Positions 1 through 13,770 of a DNA stretch of 64,000 nt are shown one piece after another. The stretch covers positions 69,814,001 through 69,878,000 of the forward strand of contig NC_058368.1 in assembly GCF_018350175.1 (NCBI RefSeq), in the 5' to 3' direction. Position numbers and translations under genes: made by a program. Position 1 is the first letter of the stretch; the number at the start of each line of letters is the position of its first letter. The stretch is from Felis catus. Lineage: Eukaryota. Below the pieces are notes generated by a model that had not been told where the DNA came from, ran no database searches, and saw only the letters and a program-made list of their open reading frames with translations.

Positions 1-35
1 CAGTCAGGCACTTGACTAAGCCATCCAGGCACCCC
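1..35 (-). mobile_element. Can-SINE 5' head, cut by the window edge
   Basis: gactaagccatccaggcacccc is the reverse complement of the SINE head. Confidence 0.75.
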
Positions 36-3000
36 AAAAGCAGTGATTACTATTACTGAAGACTTAGTGTATTGAGTATTTGAGAAAGACTCAGCCCAAA
101 GAGACAAGACCGAGTCAGGTGAGTATGGCTGAGAAAGAATAAAAACTTCACTGTGTACTGCAAATTTTTAAGGAAGTGCCTTCAGTGTCACAAGATATTT
201 ATGGATTTGGTAGATTCACAAAAAACAAATGCTGTATTTTAAAATGCGGGAGTGCAAGTTCATATTTAGACTCTTATTGCCATGCGTGGAGTTTAACCTC
301 AAGGCAAGTGGCTTCTGACGCAAAGGACTCTGCACTGCGCTGGTCTGTTCAGTGCCTGATTGTACAGCCTCTGCTTCTTCCTTCCAACCTGCGGGCTGCT
401 TCAAGCCGTCGCTATTTTCTGCACAGTCCTGTTCTGAGTGAACAGTTAGACGCACGCATGCGTTCTCAAGCTATACCAAGCTTGTTAATGATGAGCTCCT
501 GAAAACACTCAAGCTGTGCTTGGATCAGGTGTGCAAATCCCAGGTGCCCTCACCGAGCAGCCCTGCGGCTCAGAGGTCAGGTGACCCACGGCTGAGGGCA
601 CAGACTAGTGCTTTCTGCCCCCACGTCCCACCATGGCACGAAACGGCACCAGCACCAGCCCCAGCCCTGTGTCCGCCCCCACGAGGAAGACCCTGTTACC
701 GCATGTGAAAATGCACACAACGCGACCACAGACTCGTACAAAAGAGCCCGCCTCGTTGCTCTGGCTGGCACCTGGCAAAATATGTTCCTGCCAGGCAGGA
801 TTCAATAAAAGGATGGGTTCTGACAGTCCATTTTCCTTATTTTGAAGCAGATGTCTTTATTTACTCAAATGCCTAAACGTCCTGCTGGGCTGCATGAACT
901 ACTGAATGAGGAAAGAGTATACTTAGCTCCCTGGGAATGAGTCTTCCCTTTAATTACATACCAAACAGCCTCGCTTTACATAATCTAAGATCTGTGATAT
1001 CATATATCATACCATTTTTTAGAAGTTTACTCAGAAATATGTAAGTTTTAGAAAAGAAAGCATATGGCATAATTATTTTATCTAAATGCCTCAGCTGCGT
1101 TTTCATCCTCCAGATGGAAGTTTAAATATGCAGAACATGGATGTTGAGACAGAACGAGAAATACAATTAATACTTACTTTAATTTATAGGTAGCATTAGC
1201 CAAAAAAACAGAGTTGAGTTTCTTTTTTGGTGAAGCAAAATATTTAGCCTAATTGGAATTTTAATTCATTCAACTTTCTGGATAGAAAAACAGAAAAAGG
1301 AGCTGCCAAATGTCTTCGGGGACTTTCTTCAATTACACTAGGACAGTGTGTTCAGGAGAGAGAAAGGGATCCAGTCCCCATCCTCAGAAACATTTCAAAG
1401 CACATCTTTTATATTATCTTTGGCACTGAGCCTACGACTTTCCCCCGTGACTGATTGCAAAATGAAATGTATTCCCTTGTGATTTGAAAGCAAGATTTAC
1501 TTTCAGATCTGTTCAATCCGCCCGAAAGAAAAGTTTTGTTTTTGCCCACGGTCAGCCTGGAGTCTGATAACTGGGGACTCAACGTACCGTGTCTGTTTTC
1601 CCCAGAAACGCAAGGACGGACACTTGCAAAGTGAGAATCACTCTCAGAGAAAACACATGTGCTGCTCCCTCTCCCAGAAGCTGCAGCTGTTCTGGGCTGT
1701 TCTGGGGGATGCAGCTGATGCCTTCCAAATGGCAGTGGAGGGAAGGAGGCGTCCACCACGTGCTGCCTGTGGGGGTGGGCGTGGGCATGGAGCCTGCTGT
1801 CCCACTGAGGGCCCCTTCCCCTTCGGCTGAACCACAGTGCAGATGGGTACCCATTAAAGCAGGGGAAGGACCCCTCTGCAGGGAGCGGGGGAGGGGAAGC
1901 AGAGCCTTGGGCTCATGGTAGAGGGGGAGAGGGGGAGACATCCAAGCTCGCTCGCAAGGAGAGGACTTCCAGAATCAACACGGATGATCTCCCAACCTCG
2001 ACAAGGCAGCAAAAGTGGAAAAGAGAACCGTTAAAATTCTATTTGAGTCACAAAGAAAAAGCTTTTGTTTATTGCTCAGAAAAAGGGAATTCTCATGGAA
2101 AAAAAGCAGTGTGACAGCATATCAAAGAGGACAGGAGGCCACTGCCCAAGGAAAAAGCTGCCCCCAGGGTTGGGAGGACCCAACAGGTTACTGAGCCAGT
2201 TCTCTGTGCAACCAGAAACCCAAAAACAACGGGTGAAACCACTCAGCCCCCAGCAAACTCAAACCCTCAGTGTCCCCAGGACAGGCTCTGCCTAGGCCAG
2301 CATCAGTGTGTCCTCTGGGTGCTCTATCAACAATCTGGCCGTTCTTAAAGAACACTGTACCTCCTCCTCCACGACATAAAAAATCGAATTTACCAACATC
2401 TGGGAAATTACTGCTCAAATAAGTCTTTTAAAGAGCTGTGCATCTAACCATGTATATAAATTGCACATGAATTTCCTTTTTTTTGGAGATTCAACTTATT
2501 ATATTTGTGTACTTAAATGGAATATTTCCAAAACCAATTCTCCGTAAAGTAGATTAACTGAATCCAACAAAGAGCAAAAAGAGAAAGCAGCAGCACAGAT
2601 ATTTGGAAGTGACTCCAAAATCAGTTTTGTTTAAAGTAACGAGCCAAAAATCTAAGAAAACAACACAGAGGAATCACAAAACGATAAAATGGACAAGTCA
2701 TATCATTTCCTGGCACACATTCTACTCTCCCTTCCAAGTTTTAATTTACTTAGAGTGAGTGTAACAATGTTAGGTCAGGCATTTCTAGAAGCAACCAGCA
2801 TATTCCAGATTCTTCTACCAGGTTCTGGCACAGGCCAGGGAAGCAAGCAAGTCTCACACAGAAGCATTCCTTAGCCACCAGGCAGGCTGCTCCTGGCTCC
2901 CCTGCCCACAGCACTCTTCCTCCAAATAGCCACCTGCTCAGCAACCCCCTGTGTGCTCCCACCACAGGAGCAATGAGACAGCCACTGGTGAGAAATGTTC

Positions 3001-3359
3001 TGGTAACTGTGTGTCCTAGAGACCACTGGTGATTTCATGAGGGCCTTCAACACGGTGCCCTTAAAAACACAGCTTCATATAAGGGCCTAATATTCTTGAC
3101 ATGTTCACCCTTATAAAAGCACTGGCCACATTTCTAAGGTATCTTCCAATGCATGGCCTAAGAGGGATCCTGCACTTCAGAAATTTAAATTGAGCTGTTC
3201 ATCAATGCAGCCAGGTCACTGTCTCCAGACCCCAGGTGAGGGATGGGGTGGGGCATCTGCAGTTTTCCAAGCCCTTTCAAATGTTCCTGCTTTAAGTTAC
3301 TATCTCTGCCTTAAATAAGTTCCTTCTAATCAATCCCTTCCTACCTAATGGGAACTTCT

Positions 3360-3569
3360 TTTCTAATTTTTGTTTGGTTTTTTTGGCGGGGAGGGGGGGG
3401 GAGTGCACACGCAAGAGGAGGAGAGGGGCAGAGAAGACAGAGAATCTTAAGCAGGCTCCAGGCTCAGGTGCAGAACCTGACATGGGGCTCGATCGCACAA
3501 CCCTGGGATTGTGACCTGAGCCAAAATCACGAGTTGGACTCTCAGCCAACTGAGCCACCCAGATGCCTC
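3360..3569 (-). mobile_element. Can-SINE
   Basis: Reverse tRNA-derived head and body; imperfect TSD taatgg(g/t)aacttct. Confidence 0.85.
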
Positions 3570-4687
3570 CTTAATGGTAACTTCTGATTTCACACAAACC
3601 TAGCCCGCCCATCAGAGAGAAAAATCCACTGCTTTGGGCATGTCAACTGCAAAGTTCCCATGGGACGTTCTAGAGGACTATCTGGCAGATGCTCCCATTA
3701 AATGGATCTGAGGCCTGAGGAGGGTTCAGGCCAGACACTGAAGCTTGGGCAGGACTCAAGAGCCTGGACTAAAGGAGTATGCAAAGAACAAGCAGGAAAA
3801 GCAAGCCAATCACTGATGGTCGCCAAGGTAAAGAATGGCCAACAGATGGTAGAAATTCTGATCAAAGATCAGGAACTGTCACATTCCCCAAGCCAGTCAC
3901 CTCTGCCATGCCCTTAGCTGCACTCCACACCCCAATATAGGGACCCACCCTGGCAGCTTATGAAGATTCAAGCATTAGGCAACACCTCTTTCCTCTCACA
4001 CCTCACTAGACTCCCTTCTCTCCACCCATGGAGCCCAGTTACAGTGATGATAATAGGTTCAGCATAAAGACAAAGGCTGCATGGGCCCAACCCAATGAAA
4101 TATAGTGTAAGTGCTATTTGGTGGCAAATTTTCATTATTCAAGAGACTGTGAGAACAATAGGCTGCTTCCATTTTTAATTACACATCTAGACTTTGAAAG
4201 CCTCACACCTCCATGTCCTCAAGCGCCCACACCTTCTCCTGTAATATACAATAAGTAAAACATGCATATCCACGGCAGGCCAGCAAACACTGTCGTTCCA
4301 GAACCAATCTGGTCATTCCAGTTACTGCTTAAACTCTGAAATCAGGAGACAAGAAAAAAAGAAAGGGAAAGCACAACAGAGGTTTCCAACAATATTTATA
4401 TACCATCATTCACACCTCGCATGTGTGCTCTGAAACTCATGAGTCTCTAATTAATTACCCAAATGAGTGAAAACAGTTCAGACTTCAGAAACTGAAGAGG
4501 CGGTGGCCTGCACAGTCTCCCAGGAGCAGAACAACCCCAGGCAAGGGCCATGCTGGGTCTGCATAGCCCTCCTCGCAGACCCTGATGACCCCTCCTCTTC
4601 CTCAGCCAGCCAGGGGTGGGCAGAGCACTGGCAACAGCCAAGAGAGACAGGAAGAGACTCAGGACAACTGTCAAACTTTCACCTGTC

Positions 4688-4890
4688 GGGGGCCCCTGGG
4701 TGGCTCAGTCAGTTCAGCATCTGTCTTTCGGCTCAGGTCATGATGTCACGGTTGGTGGGTTTGAGCCCTGCATCGGGCTCTGTGCTGACAGCTCAGAGCC
4801 TGGAGCCTGCTTTGGATTCTGTGTCTCCCTCCCTCTGCCTCTCCCCTGTTTGCAATCTCGCTCTCAAACATAAACAAACATTTTTTTAAA
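4688..4890 (+). mobile_element. Can-SINE
   Basis: Head, CT-rich segment and A tail; TSD tttcac(c/t)tgtc. Confidence 0.9.
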
Positions 4891-5158
4891 GCATTTCACT
4901 TGTCAAGTGAAAATTTTATTTGAATTTAGGAACAGAAAACCATGCTATCTGGATAATAAACTACAAAAACTGGGCGCATGTATAGAAGTGACTGGTGTGA
5001 TCAAATCCAGTTCAAACTCAAGTTGCCTGTCACTGAACAACACACTTACCTACGGCCCCCACAGTATGACAGGCACAACACAGCAGTCACAGAATGACTC
5101 CTTTCTACGGCCCAAAGCTCCAGGATGTTTTCCTTTCTCCCTCCTTCAGTTGGGTGTC

Positions 5159-5326
5159 TTTTTTTTTTTTTTTTTTTTAATGTTTATTCATTTTTGAGAC
5201 AGCACGAGCAGGGGCGGGGCGGGGGGAGGACAGAAGATGTGAAGCAGGCTTTGAGCTGTCAGCACCGTGAGATCACGACCTGAGCCGATGTCAGGCGCTC
5301 AACCGACTGAGCCACCCAGGCACCCC
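5159..5326 (-). mobile_element. Can-SINE (internally shortened)
   Basis: T tail, then ...caaccgactgagccacccaggcacccc. Confidence 0.85.
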
Positions 5327-7521
5327 AGTTTTTTTCCTTTTGTCAAAATGCATCCACGTTGTCATAAAGGAAATGGTTCACCAAGGTCACTAGAACTGCA
5401 CGGGCTCCCACTGACCACAGTCGTCAGGCAGCCAACACACAGTCACTCTGCACAGCGCCTGGTGTGCTCCCCGGGGCACAGCCACACAAGAGCCGGTGTC
5501 CCTTCTCACACCTGCAAGGGCCAGCAAGTCCCGAAACACCCAAACACACTCCTCTCCCAGTCACTGTCAACAAGGGGAACGGGAGGTCTATTAAGAAAGA
5601 TCACACTTGGGTCAAAATCAATTTCAACAGCCACACTGAAGCTTTTCAAGCTTCACACTGGAACGGTCAGAATGAGACTTTGCTTCCAGCAGCTTTTCTC
5701 AAGGAGATGAAGTTAAAATCTGTCCTCATTTCAACCCTGCAACTGAAGCCTTTAATTGAAGGCAGAAAATAATTAAAACAACATAAATATGCTAAGAAAC
5801 ACACTAATTCATTCTGATATGGCTAGTCCTTTAAGAAAAAAAAAAAAACAGTACAGCAAGAGGAAGCAGAATCCCTACCAACGACAATCACACCTGTCTA
5901 GGGTTGCAATCCACTTTCTAAGGAAACGTGAACGTCTGGTGCACCATGCCCTCCCTGGGTCAAGACTTGGAGCATCATCTTCTAGAAAGTTCCAAGCTTG
6001 GTCTCTGAAATTGCACACGCCTACACCAGAGGCCAGGGTACTCACCACAGTGGTTACCAGCAACTCCATCAACAGTATCTCCCCTAACGGAAACAGGAAG
6101 AGACATACTCTGTGCAACCTGTCCCCAAATAGCAACAGCTGCTCACAGTGACCAGAATTACGCCCGAAGCACGGTGAGAGACAGACACGAAGCCATCAAG
6201 GACTGACCGTGCGTTCAAGGCCACCAACTTGCAAGTTCTTTGTCCTCAACCAAGAGAAAACTGCCACAGCTGTCTCTCACTCCATTCATTTCTAACCTCT
6301 GTGGAAGGGCTACCTGTCACCTGAGGAAGAAAAAAAAAGCCTCCAGTCCTCGACCACAAGTGTACAAGGTGTGGACAGAGGCTGGGCTCAGGGCCGCCGA
6401 GGAAGGCACCTGCCTGTCTGGGCAGCATTGGCAGAGCAGCTTACCTCGGTGGAAGGCTGTCGATGCCAGGGTCATGTGCCCACTGTCCATCGGGCTGCCA
6501 TCCCTTTGAGGAGAGGGAGACATTGATGGGAACCAAAGGTCTTCTAAAGGCAAGTTCTTACTGCAAGCTGGCCCAAAGGTCCCTGCAATCAAAGAAATCA
6601 TTGTGGTTTTGCACTTGGCATATTTATGCCCCCTTTCTTCTAGGAACAAGCCTGTCAGCCTCTGAATGGACCTCAACTTTCAGAAAAGAAAAGAATCCAG
6701 GAATACAGATCCACCAAAGGCACGAGAGAAAGGCAAGAAGTCTTCGTGCTACCAACCACAAGCCAACTGTACCTCATCAGGTCTGTTCAAAATATGTGAG
6801 CAGTAATGACTGCAAAATCCGTGTGTTACCCTATACCGGCCTTTGCTAGAGGCAAGAGGAAAGACTTGTACATAAACAAGAAACGTAGGTGTTTAGCTTC
6901 CGTAAGCACTGGTCTATCATCAACCTTGCCATTGTCCCGTCTCTACTGATTTTCACTTATAATGACAGGGAAAAGTCATTAGATCCAATCAAACCATATA
7001 ACCAGAAAGCCTATCTCATTCCAAGTCAACCGAAAATCATGAGAATTCAGTGAACTAAGTAATCCGGTGTAACAATTCTTGGTCTACTTAAAAGGTTAAA
7101 TTGTTTTTAGCAATTCCATCTGCACTAAGCCAACAGCACCCCAAAGCCAAAACAGCAACACTTCTCAACTAACTGCATAACCAGCAAAGCCATTTGTGTA
7201 TGTTCTATTATGTATCATCTCACAATTTCCTTTCTTAAAAAATCCTTTCCCTCAGGCAAAGAAATGCCTCAAGATAGGTGATCCCTGCCACTGCAATAAT
7301 GCAAATAAACAGAAATCAGAATATTCTGTTTACAGTTATCTGTGCATCAAGCACACCAAGAAAAGAAGGAAAAAAAAACCTACCCATAGTTTTATGAGAC
7401 AGAATGTTTCTGTGTTTTAAAAATTTGACTCAAATGTTTTTTGGGTTTTTTTCAAATGCATGTTGTAGACATCTATTTAAAGGGCAGGGAGAAAAGTCAC
7501 CTTTAAATTAATTTGCTTCTT

Positions 7522-7737
7522 GGGGCGCCTGGGTGGCGCAGTCGGTTAAGCGTCCGACTTCAGCCAGGTCACGATCTCGCGGCCCGTGAGTTCGAGCCCC
7601 GCGTCGGGCTCTGGGCTGATGGCTCAGAGCCTGGAGCCTGTTTCTGATTCTGTGTCTCCCTCTCTCTCTGCCCCTCTCCTGTTCATGCTCTGTCTCTCTC
7701 TGTCCCAAAAATAAATAAATGTTGAAAAAAAAAATTT
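7522..7737 (+). mobile_element. Young felid SINE (SINEC_Fc-type)
   Basis: gcgcagtcggttaagcgtccgacttcagccaggtcacgatctcgcgg head with CpGs intact; perfect TSD aaattaatttgcttct. Confidence 0.92.
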
Positions 7738-8033
7738 AAATTAATTTGCTTCTCTAAAGATGAAGCATCACAAAAGATCTCTTAAACATACCAATAAAAC
7801 CGTTAGGTCCGGTGGGTTCTCAAAAGGCAAGCATCTAAACCACTTCTCTCCTGCCCCAAAGGACTAGAAACCAGCTCCACATCAGTCAATCCTCCAGAGC
7901 CCAAAGGATCTCAGATGTCAGGCCAAAAAAGCAATGTTAGCATAAAGGACCTGACCTGGGACGTACAGGTGAAGAAGGAAAAAGGCAAGTTATCTGGATG
8001 AACTTGACCCTGCAGAAAGCAAGTTGGCTAATA

Positions 8034-8472
8034 CAGTAATTCCCCCTCATCCATGGTTTTGTTCTTGGCAGTTTTAGTTATTTACCGGCACTAAACCACA
8101 GTCTGGAAGCAAATGATCTTCCTCCTGATGAACAGTCCCAAAAGGTCAATGCCTACGTCACTGATGTCACTTCATCTCAGCATGTAGGCATTTTATTCTC
8201 TCACATCACAAGGGGGGGATGAGCACAGTACAGTAAAATATTTTGAGGGAGAGAGAGAGCCCACACTTACATAACTATTATTTCTATATTACTACGGTTG
8301 TTCTATTTTTAGCTATTGTTAGTAATCTCTTACTGTGCTTAATGTACAAATCATGTATGTACATTTAAGAAAAAACATAGTATATACAAGGCTTGGTACT
8401 ATCGCAGTTCCAGGCATCCGCTGGGGGTCTGGAACTTACCCCCATGCCTGAAGTAACTGGTACCAACCACTG
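8034..8472 (+). mobile_element. Tigger-family (MER44/Tigger7-like) DNA transposon relic
   Basis: TA|CAGTAATTCCCCCTCATCC start and ...CACTG|TA end (TA target site). Internal aaaaaacatagtatatacaaggcttggtactatcgcagttccaggcatccgctgggggtc resembles the MER44 3' end. Confidence 0.75.
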
Positions 8473-8869
8473 TAAGAAGGAACGTAAACTCTGCCAGATC
8501 ATTTTATGGGCGACCACAGAATCAACCACAGGTGAGGAACAAGGAAGGTGGTGCTAACAAAGAAAGCTACAGGACCACAAAACCAAAATGGGATTCCTGG
8601 CAGAGACTGGGTGTAAGCAAAGGAGGGACAGGGCTGCCCTGCATGGCTCATGTGACAGCCAGTTCTAGCAGCCAGGCAGCTCCTCATTATCGCAAGGGAG
8701 TCCAGTTACCAGCCACGGAAGACTTTCTAGGTGTTGGCTAGGCCTCTGGATCTACTTCAAAGTGGGCCACAGCTACTGAAACAAATTCAAATTCACCCAT
8801 TCAACACACAGGAGCTACAGAGGTGTCCATCATCTAGGCACCGAAGAGTGAAGAAACCATTTAAACATG

Positions 8870-9509
8870 TGAAAGGGAGTAAAGGAAATCCTGTTTAAAA
8901 TGGGAGTTCGGAGGCCAGGAGACCACTCTTTGCGGCCTTTTACAGACCCAACAGAAAGCAGCCTATACCACTCCCGCAAGGGGAAGGCTTTCCGCTCCCT
9001 GCAACACCCCAGTAAATGAGAAACAGTCACAGCTCAGCCAATGAGAAGCGACTACACTTCCAATTCCCAGTTCACTCCAGTGGCCTTTCTGTTTATAGCA
9101 GTCCCGCCCAGCTTCCCTTTTCTCTATAAAAGAGTGGGTCATTGGGCACCTGGATGGCTCTGTCGGTTAAGCTTTGGCTCAGGTCATGATCTCTATGGTT
9201 AGGGAGTTCAAGCCCACCCCCCCACCCCCCCCAGCTCTGTGCTAACCAGCTCCAAGTCTGGAGCTTCAGATTCTGTGTTTCCCTCTCTCCCTTTGCCCTT
9301 CCCCCACTCCTGCTCTATCGCCCGCTCTCTCTCAAAAATAAATACTAAAAAATTAAAAAAAAAAAAAAAAAAAGCGGGTCAGTCTTCTCCTTTGTTCTCT
9401 GGACTTGACTTCGGCTTTTGCTACAGCTTGGTTGTGCCGAGTTGCAATTCCTCTTCTATTCCCAAATAAATAGACTTTACTGGTAAAATAACAGGCTGTT
9501 TTAAGGTCA
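8870..9509 (+). mobile_element. Solo ERV LTR interrupted by a Can-SINE
   Basis: TG...CA termini flanked by ACATG direct repeats (8865-8869, 9510-9514). CCAAT at 9038, TATAAAA at 9125, AATAAA at 9465. Confidence 0.7.
9143..9373 (+). mobile_element. Can-SINE inserted into the LTR
   Basis: Head plus long A tail; TSD ag(t/c)gggtca. Confidence 0.88.
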
Positions 9510-9829
9510 ACATGTTGGGCAAGAATTTCCCTTGCTGAACTACCCAAGAAATAAGGTGGTGTTAAGTAAAAACTCGGCACTAGGACATCTTTTAAAGATG
9601 ATATCTCAGTCTCAGATTCAAGGCAGGCGTGAAAAGATGACCTAGGGCCAGGTGCCAGCAAGTCCAGTGTCTGGCTTATTTGATATAGCCTCCAATTGGA
9701 TCTCAACAGCCACCAGCAAAGCAAGTGCTCACAGGTAAGCAAATAGCAGATTCCACAAGACGGTGGTAGCAGAGCTCCCCACAAATGAGCGCATCCAGGG
9801 CAGGAACTAACAGAATCCCTTTTCAGAGG

Positions 9830-10440
9830 CTCTGATGGTTGATCTACTCAACCAACACCTCCCCATTCTCCCTCCCTTGATTTTGTGCCTCTGGCTACGC
9901 CCACTCTTCTCCAGCGTAAGAAGTAAATCCTAGGGGCGCCTGGCTGGCTCAGTGGGAGGAGCATGCCCCTCCTGATCCAAAGGTTGAGAGTTCGAGCCCC
10001 ACGTTGGCTGTACAGATTACCAAAAATAAAAATAATAGTAAGTAAACTTCAAAAACAAAACAGTAAGTCCTATTTGGTGGGAGCCAACAAGGTGGCCCCA
10101 TCCCTCCAACCAGGAGGTGACTGAAGCATCAGCCTATGAACCAGTTCTGAGGAGTCAAAATAGGTAAGGAGGTGGCCTGGGGAGGCTGTCTGAGAAAGGT
10201 TTCCTGCACCTGAAGAAAACTCTAACAGAGTGGGGAAAAATGCCCCTTCATCTGCCCACAGGCAAAGCCAAGACCCTAAGGACTACAGGATGAAAAGGAA
10301 CCTGGATCCTCGATGACACCAGTTACCACCAGCTGCACTACACCTGGCGCTGCCCTTCTGGAATTTGTGTGGTGTAAGGAAACGCACACCCTTCTTGTAT
10401 AAACCTTCTGAGTCAGTTTTTTCTCTAACATTGAAAGCAT
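9830..10440 (+). mobile_element. MaLR (MLT1-like) LTR remnant, interrupted by a SINE
   Basis: Degenerate MLT1-like motifs (gaacctggatcctcgatgacacc; 3' end gtcagttttttctctaacattgaaagcatcct). Confidence 0.45.
9933..10061 (+). mobile_element. Short, older Can-SINE
   Basis: ggggcgcctggctggctcagt...gagttcgagccccacgttgg plus A-rich tail; TSD agtaa(a/g)tccta. Confidence 0.85.
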
Positions 10441-13400
10441 CCTTAGTGGTCGTTTACCTTCTGTGTGCTGCTCTCTGTTGACGCTGATGCTTTTCACCCC
10501 TGGTGAAATCACCCGGGGAGCTTTTAAAATTCCCTCTGTCTAGACCACAGTTGAGAACAAAGAAATCAGAATCTCCAGGTGCAGCCAGGCCTCAGGGGTT
10601 TGTAAGCGCAACCCCCCCCCCCCCAAACACAGGTGATGCTCCCGCCCATCACACCTCTGCAGGTGACTGATCACCCACCCCAGGGGGAGAACAGGGTGGT
10701 GCCTAATTAAGCAACAGTAAGGCACCCCTTCCTTGGGGCTGAATGGCTCAGCTCATGCAAAAATGGTTAAACTACTGGCTAGATGTCTGAAATCTCCCTG
10801 GTAGAAGGGGGAACAAGCCACCAGGGAGAGGAAGCCCAACAAGGAGAATGGGAAAGAAGGATGTCACAGGACAACAGTCAGGTGCAGGGAGGCCACCGGG
10901 GGACAAGGAATGAGGAACCCGCAGGAGTGAGTCCTGAACCCAGCTTAACTGTGATACCGGGAGAAAATGAAACCAATCAGCTTGTCTGTGCCTTGGTTTT
11001 CTAATCCAGACAATATAGAGAGTGTGTCAGGAGCCCCCAAAGTCCTTTCCTGCTCTGATAATCTATGGTTCTAATTTCCCTGCCTATATGTAAGGAATAC
11101 TTATTAAATGGCAAGTGAAGCTGAATTAGAGACAGGAAGGAACTTCATTTTGCAGATAAGGACACAGGTCCAAGATGAAGTGACCACACCACTGGTTTAA
11201 CTCAGGGCCAGGGCTACATCTTCAGAGGTAAGACCCTAGCTCCCTAGGGATGGGGTCAGAGGGGCTAGAAAACAGAAAGGTGATAGGTAAAGGCGACCTC
11301 TCCCTTTCTAACTAGGTCTCTTCTCTAGCTCCTGTAGAATACTGCCCAAAAGCAAATTTGCAGACCTTTTCCCCAATCCCCAAGCCTCTATCCCACGTCA
11401 AGTTGGAGCTGTTATTAGCTTACAAACCTACCTACCTCAAAATGCAGAAAGAAATGACCAAAGTGGAATCTAAAACCAACGGATGAAGAATATTTAGTAT
11501 TACAGTAAATTAAAAAATGTAAAGACATGTGGCTCCCCAGGGCAGATCAAACCACCCAGGATCCATCCTTCCTCTCCACAGCTGCCCACCACCTAAAATA
11601 CTCCTGTTTTGTCTTGGATGGTCCCCAGCAAAGGGAGAAAACAATTCCAAGTTGAAATGATGACCACCCAGACCTTCCAGACACCATCTGAAGGATTCTG
11701 AAAGAGACAAATCTGCCAAGGTGTCACCCCACAAGTAATCCGTCGTTGCCAGTTTCAAAGACAAATATTTTCTGCAACCTGGAAACATCTCCTCAATTCA
11801 ACATTGCAAGCCAGAACAAAGTGTTTTCAGTTCAGGTGCTTTGAGCCAGGTTACCCACCACACCAGGAACCCACAGAAGACTCAGGAGCCAAGATGCACA
11901 GTAACTGCCACCACAGATGTGAGTACATCACTCAGTCATCAATTGAACAGTCAGCTAAAATTCTCTGCCTGAGCATCATTCCTAACCCATGACCAGGAAG
12001 GAAACACTGGGGAGGGGATCAGAAAGAAGATCAGAAAGAAGCCAGTTACAAAAATGGGGTCTCTGCCACAGCCCATCATCCAAGGCAAGGTCAGGTTCTA
12101 CTTCTCTGCAAAACTGCAGACCAAATGTAACAGACTGCCTCAGAAGCGGATCCTACCAGTCTCCACTAATAAAGCCAACTCTGGTCTTCTGGAAGCATCT
12201 GCTAGATAGAGACCTTCTTCCTGTGTGAAGCCAAATCTCTCTCTGAGAAGTCAGGGCACACCTTAGATCTAGCCAACTGCTATCTGTTTACACCAAAACT
12301 GAAGACAGAAAAATCACGTAACTATCTTAAAAAACTACAGGGGAAAAAAAAAAAAAAGGTGGTATTGTTTGTTACTTTGTTTTTAAAAAGCCCTCTAACT
12401 AGGAAAAGAGTCTGACTTTAAAAAGACAAAAACAAAAGTCCATACACCAAAATTCTATACGAAACACCAAACCTGTTAAAGAAAACTTTAAGATGCATTC
12501 TCTTTAAGATCAAGACCAAGACAGGTATATCCTTCCTATCCCTACATAGTCAACACAGTACTAGAGGCCACGGCCAAAACCTAAGACGTAAGACACTGAT
12601 GAGGTGGTGTAAGGGAAGACAGAAAACTCATTATTTATAGGTGCAAGTATATGCATAGAAAACAGGAATTCAGCAAGATTACCGAAAACAATGTGGGAAA
12701 AAAAAATCTTCACAGTGCCCTAAACTAGGCAATCCAAAAATATATCATGCCAAATAGCCATAAAAAGTTTATGTCCAGGAACTGACCTACAAATCCACAA
12801 GATCTTTATGGCAGAAAATTTAACTTTATTAAAGTTCACAGAAGACAACCCCCCAAAAAAGGCAGGTGTTTGTATTCAAGGATAGAATGGCTTAAGACAT
12901 CAATTCTCAAAAATAAATTTTTAAATTCCAGTAGGATCTTAAACAGAAAATGTACAAATTCATTCTAAACACTGTATGGAAAAATAAAGACCTTCAAACA
13001 ACTCATGCAAATGCTTTTGTTGCATGTGGGAAAGGTGAAGTGGGTTATCCCTTCCGGATATTAAGACTTAAAGCCAAGCCAATAATCACACACTCAAACA
13101 CACACAAACCATGAATGATACCAGTCTTGCAAGAGAATAAAAAATCCATAAACAGGTCTAGAAATACAGAAGACTCATACCTGTATGGGGGAAGGACAGA
13201 TCGTTTATAGAATAGTAATGGACAGCCTGTACCACTACATGGGGAAAAATAAAACCCCTCCTTCCTACTATATACCGACAGATTAAAAATCTAATAGAAG
13301 TTAGGCTAAAAGAAGAAAAGAAAAATTTAAACACTTTATCTCCTTAGTGAATTCGCAGATTCTTTAAAAAGGATCCCAAAAGCAGAAACCAGAACGTGAA

Positions 13401-13672
13401 AAATTGATGGATTGAACCATATCAGAATTAAGGATTTCTTTCAACAAAGGATACTCTCAGTTAAAAATACAACACAGTCCAAGAAGATACTTCATGATAA
13501 TCTAAAATGGATTTAAAAAAAATCAGTAACCAAAATATACATATCAAACCCTAAAAAACAGGAATGTGTATGTGATGATATATACGTGCAATGCACTACT
13601 ATTCAGCAATAAAAAGAAATGAATTATCAACACATCCTATAATAAGGATGAATTTTGAAAACAGTATGCTAT

Positions 13673-13770
13673 GGGCACCTGGGTGGCTCAGTTGGTTGAA
13701 TGTCTGACTGGTGGCTTCGGCTCGGGCCATGATCACGGTTCATGAGTTCAAGCCCAGGCTCCACGCTGCT
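13673..13770 (+). mobile_element. 3'-truncated Can-SINE within L1
   Basis: Head only; no CT segment or A tail. Confidence 0.8.

Noticed and set aside
7522..7600. tRNA-like A/B boxes as tRNA genes
   Set aside because: These are tRNA-derived SINE heads followed by SINE body, tail and TSD.
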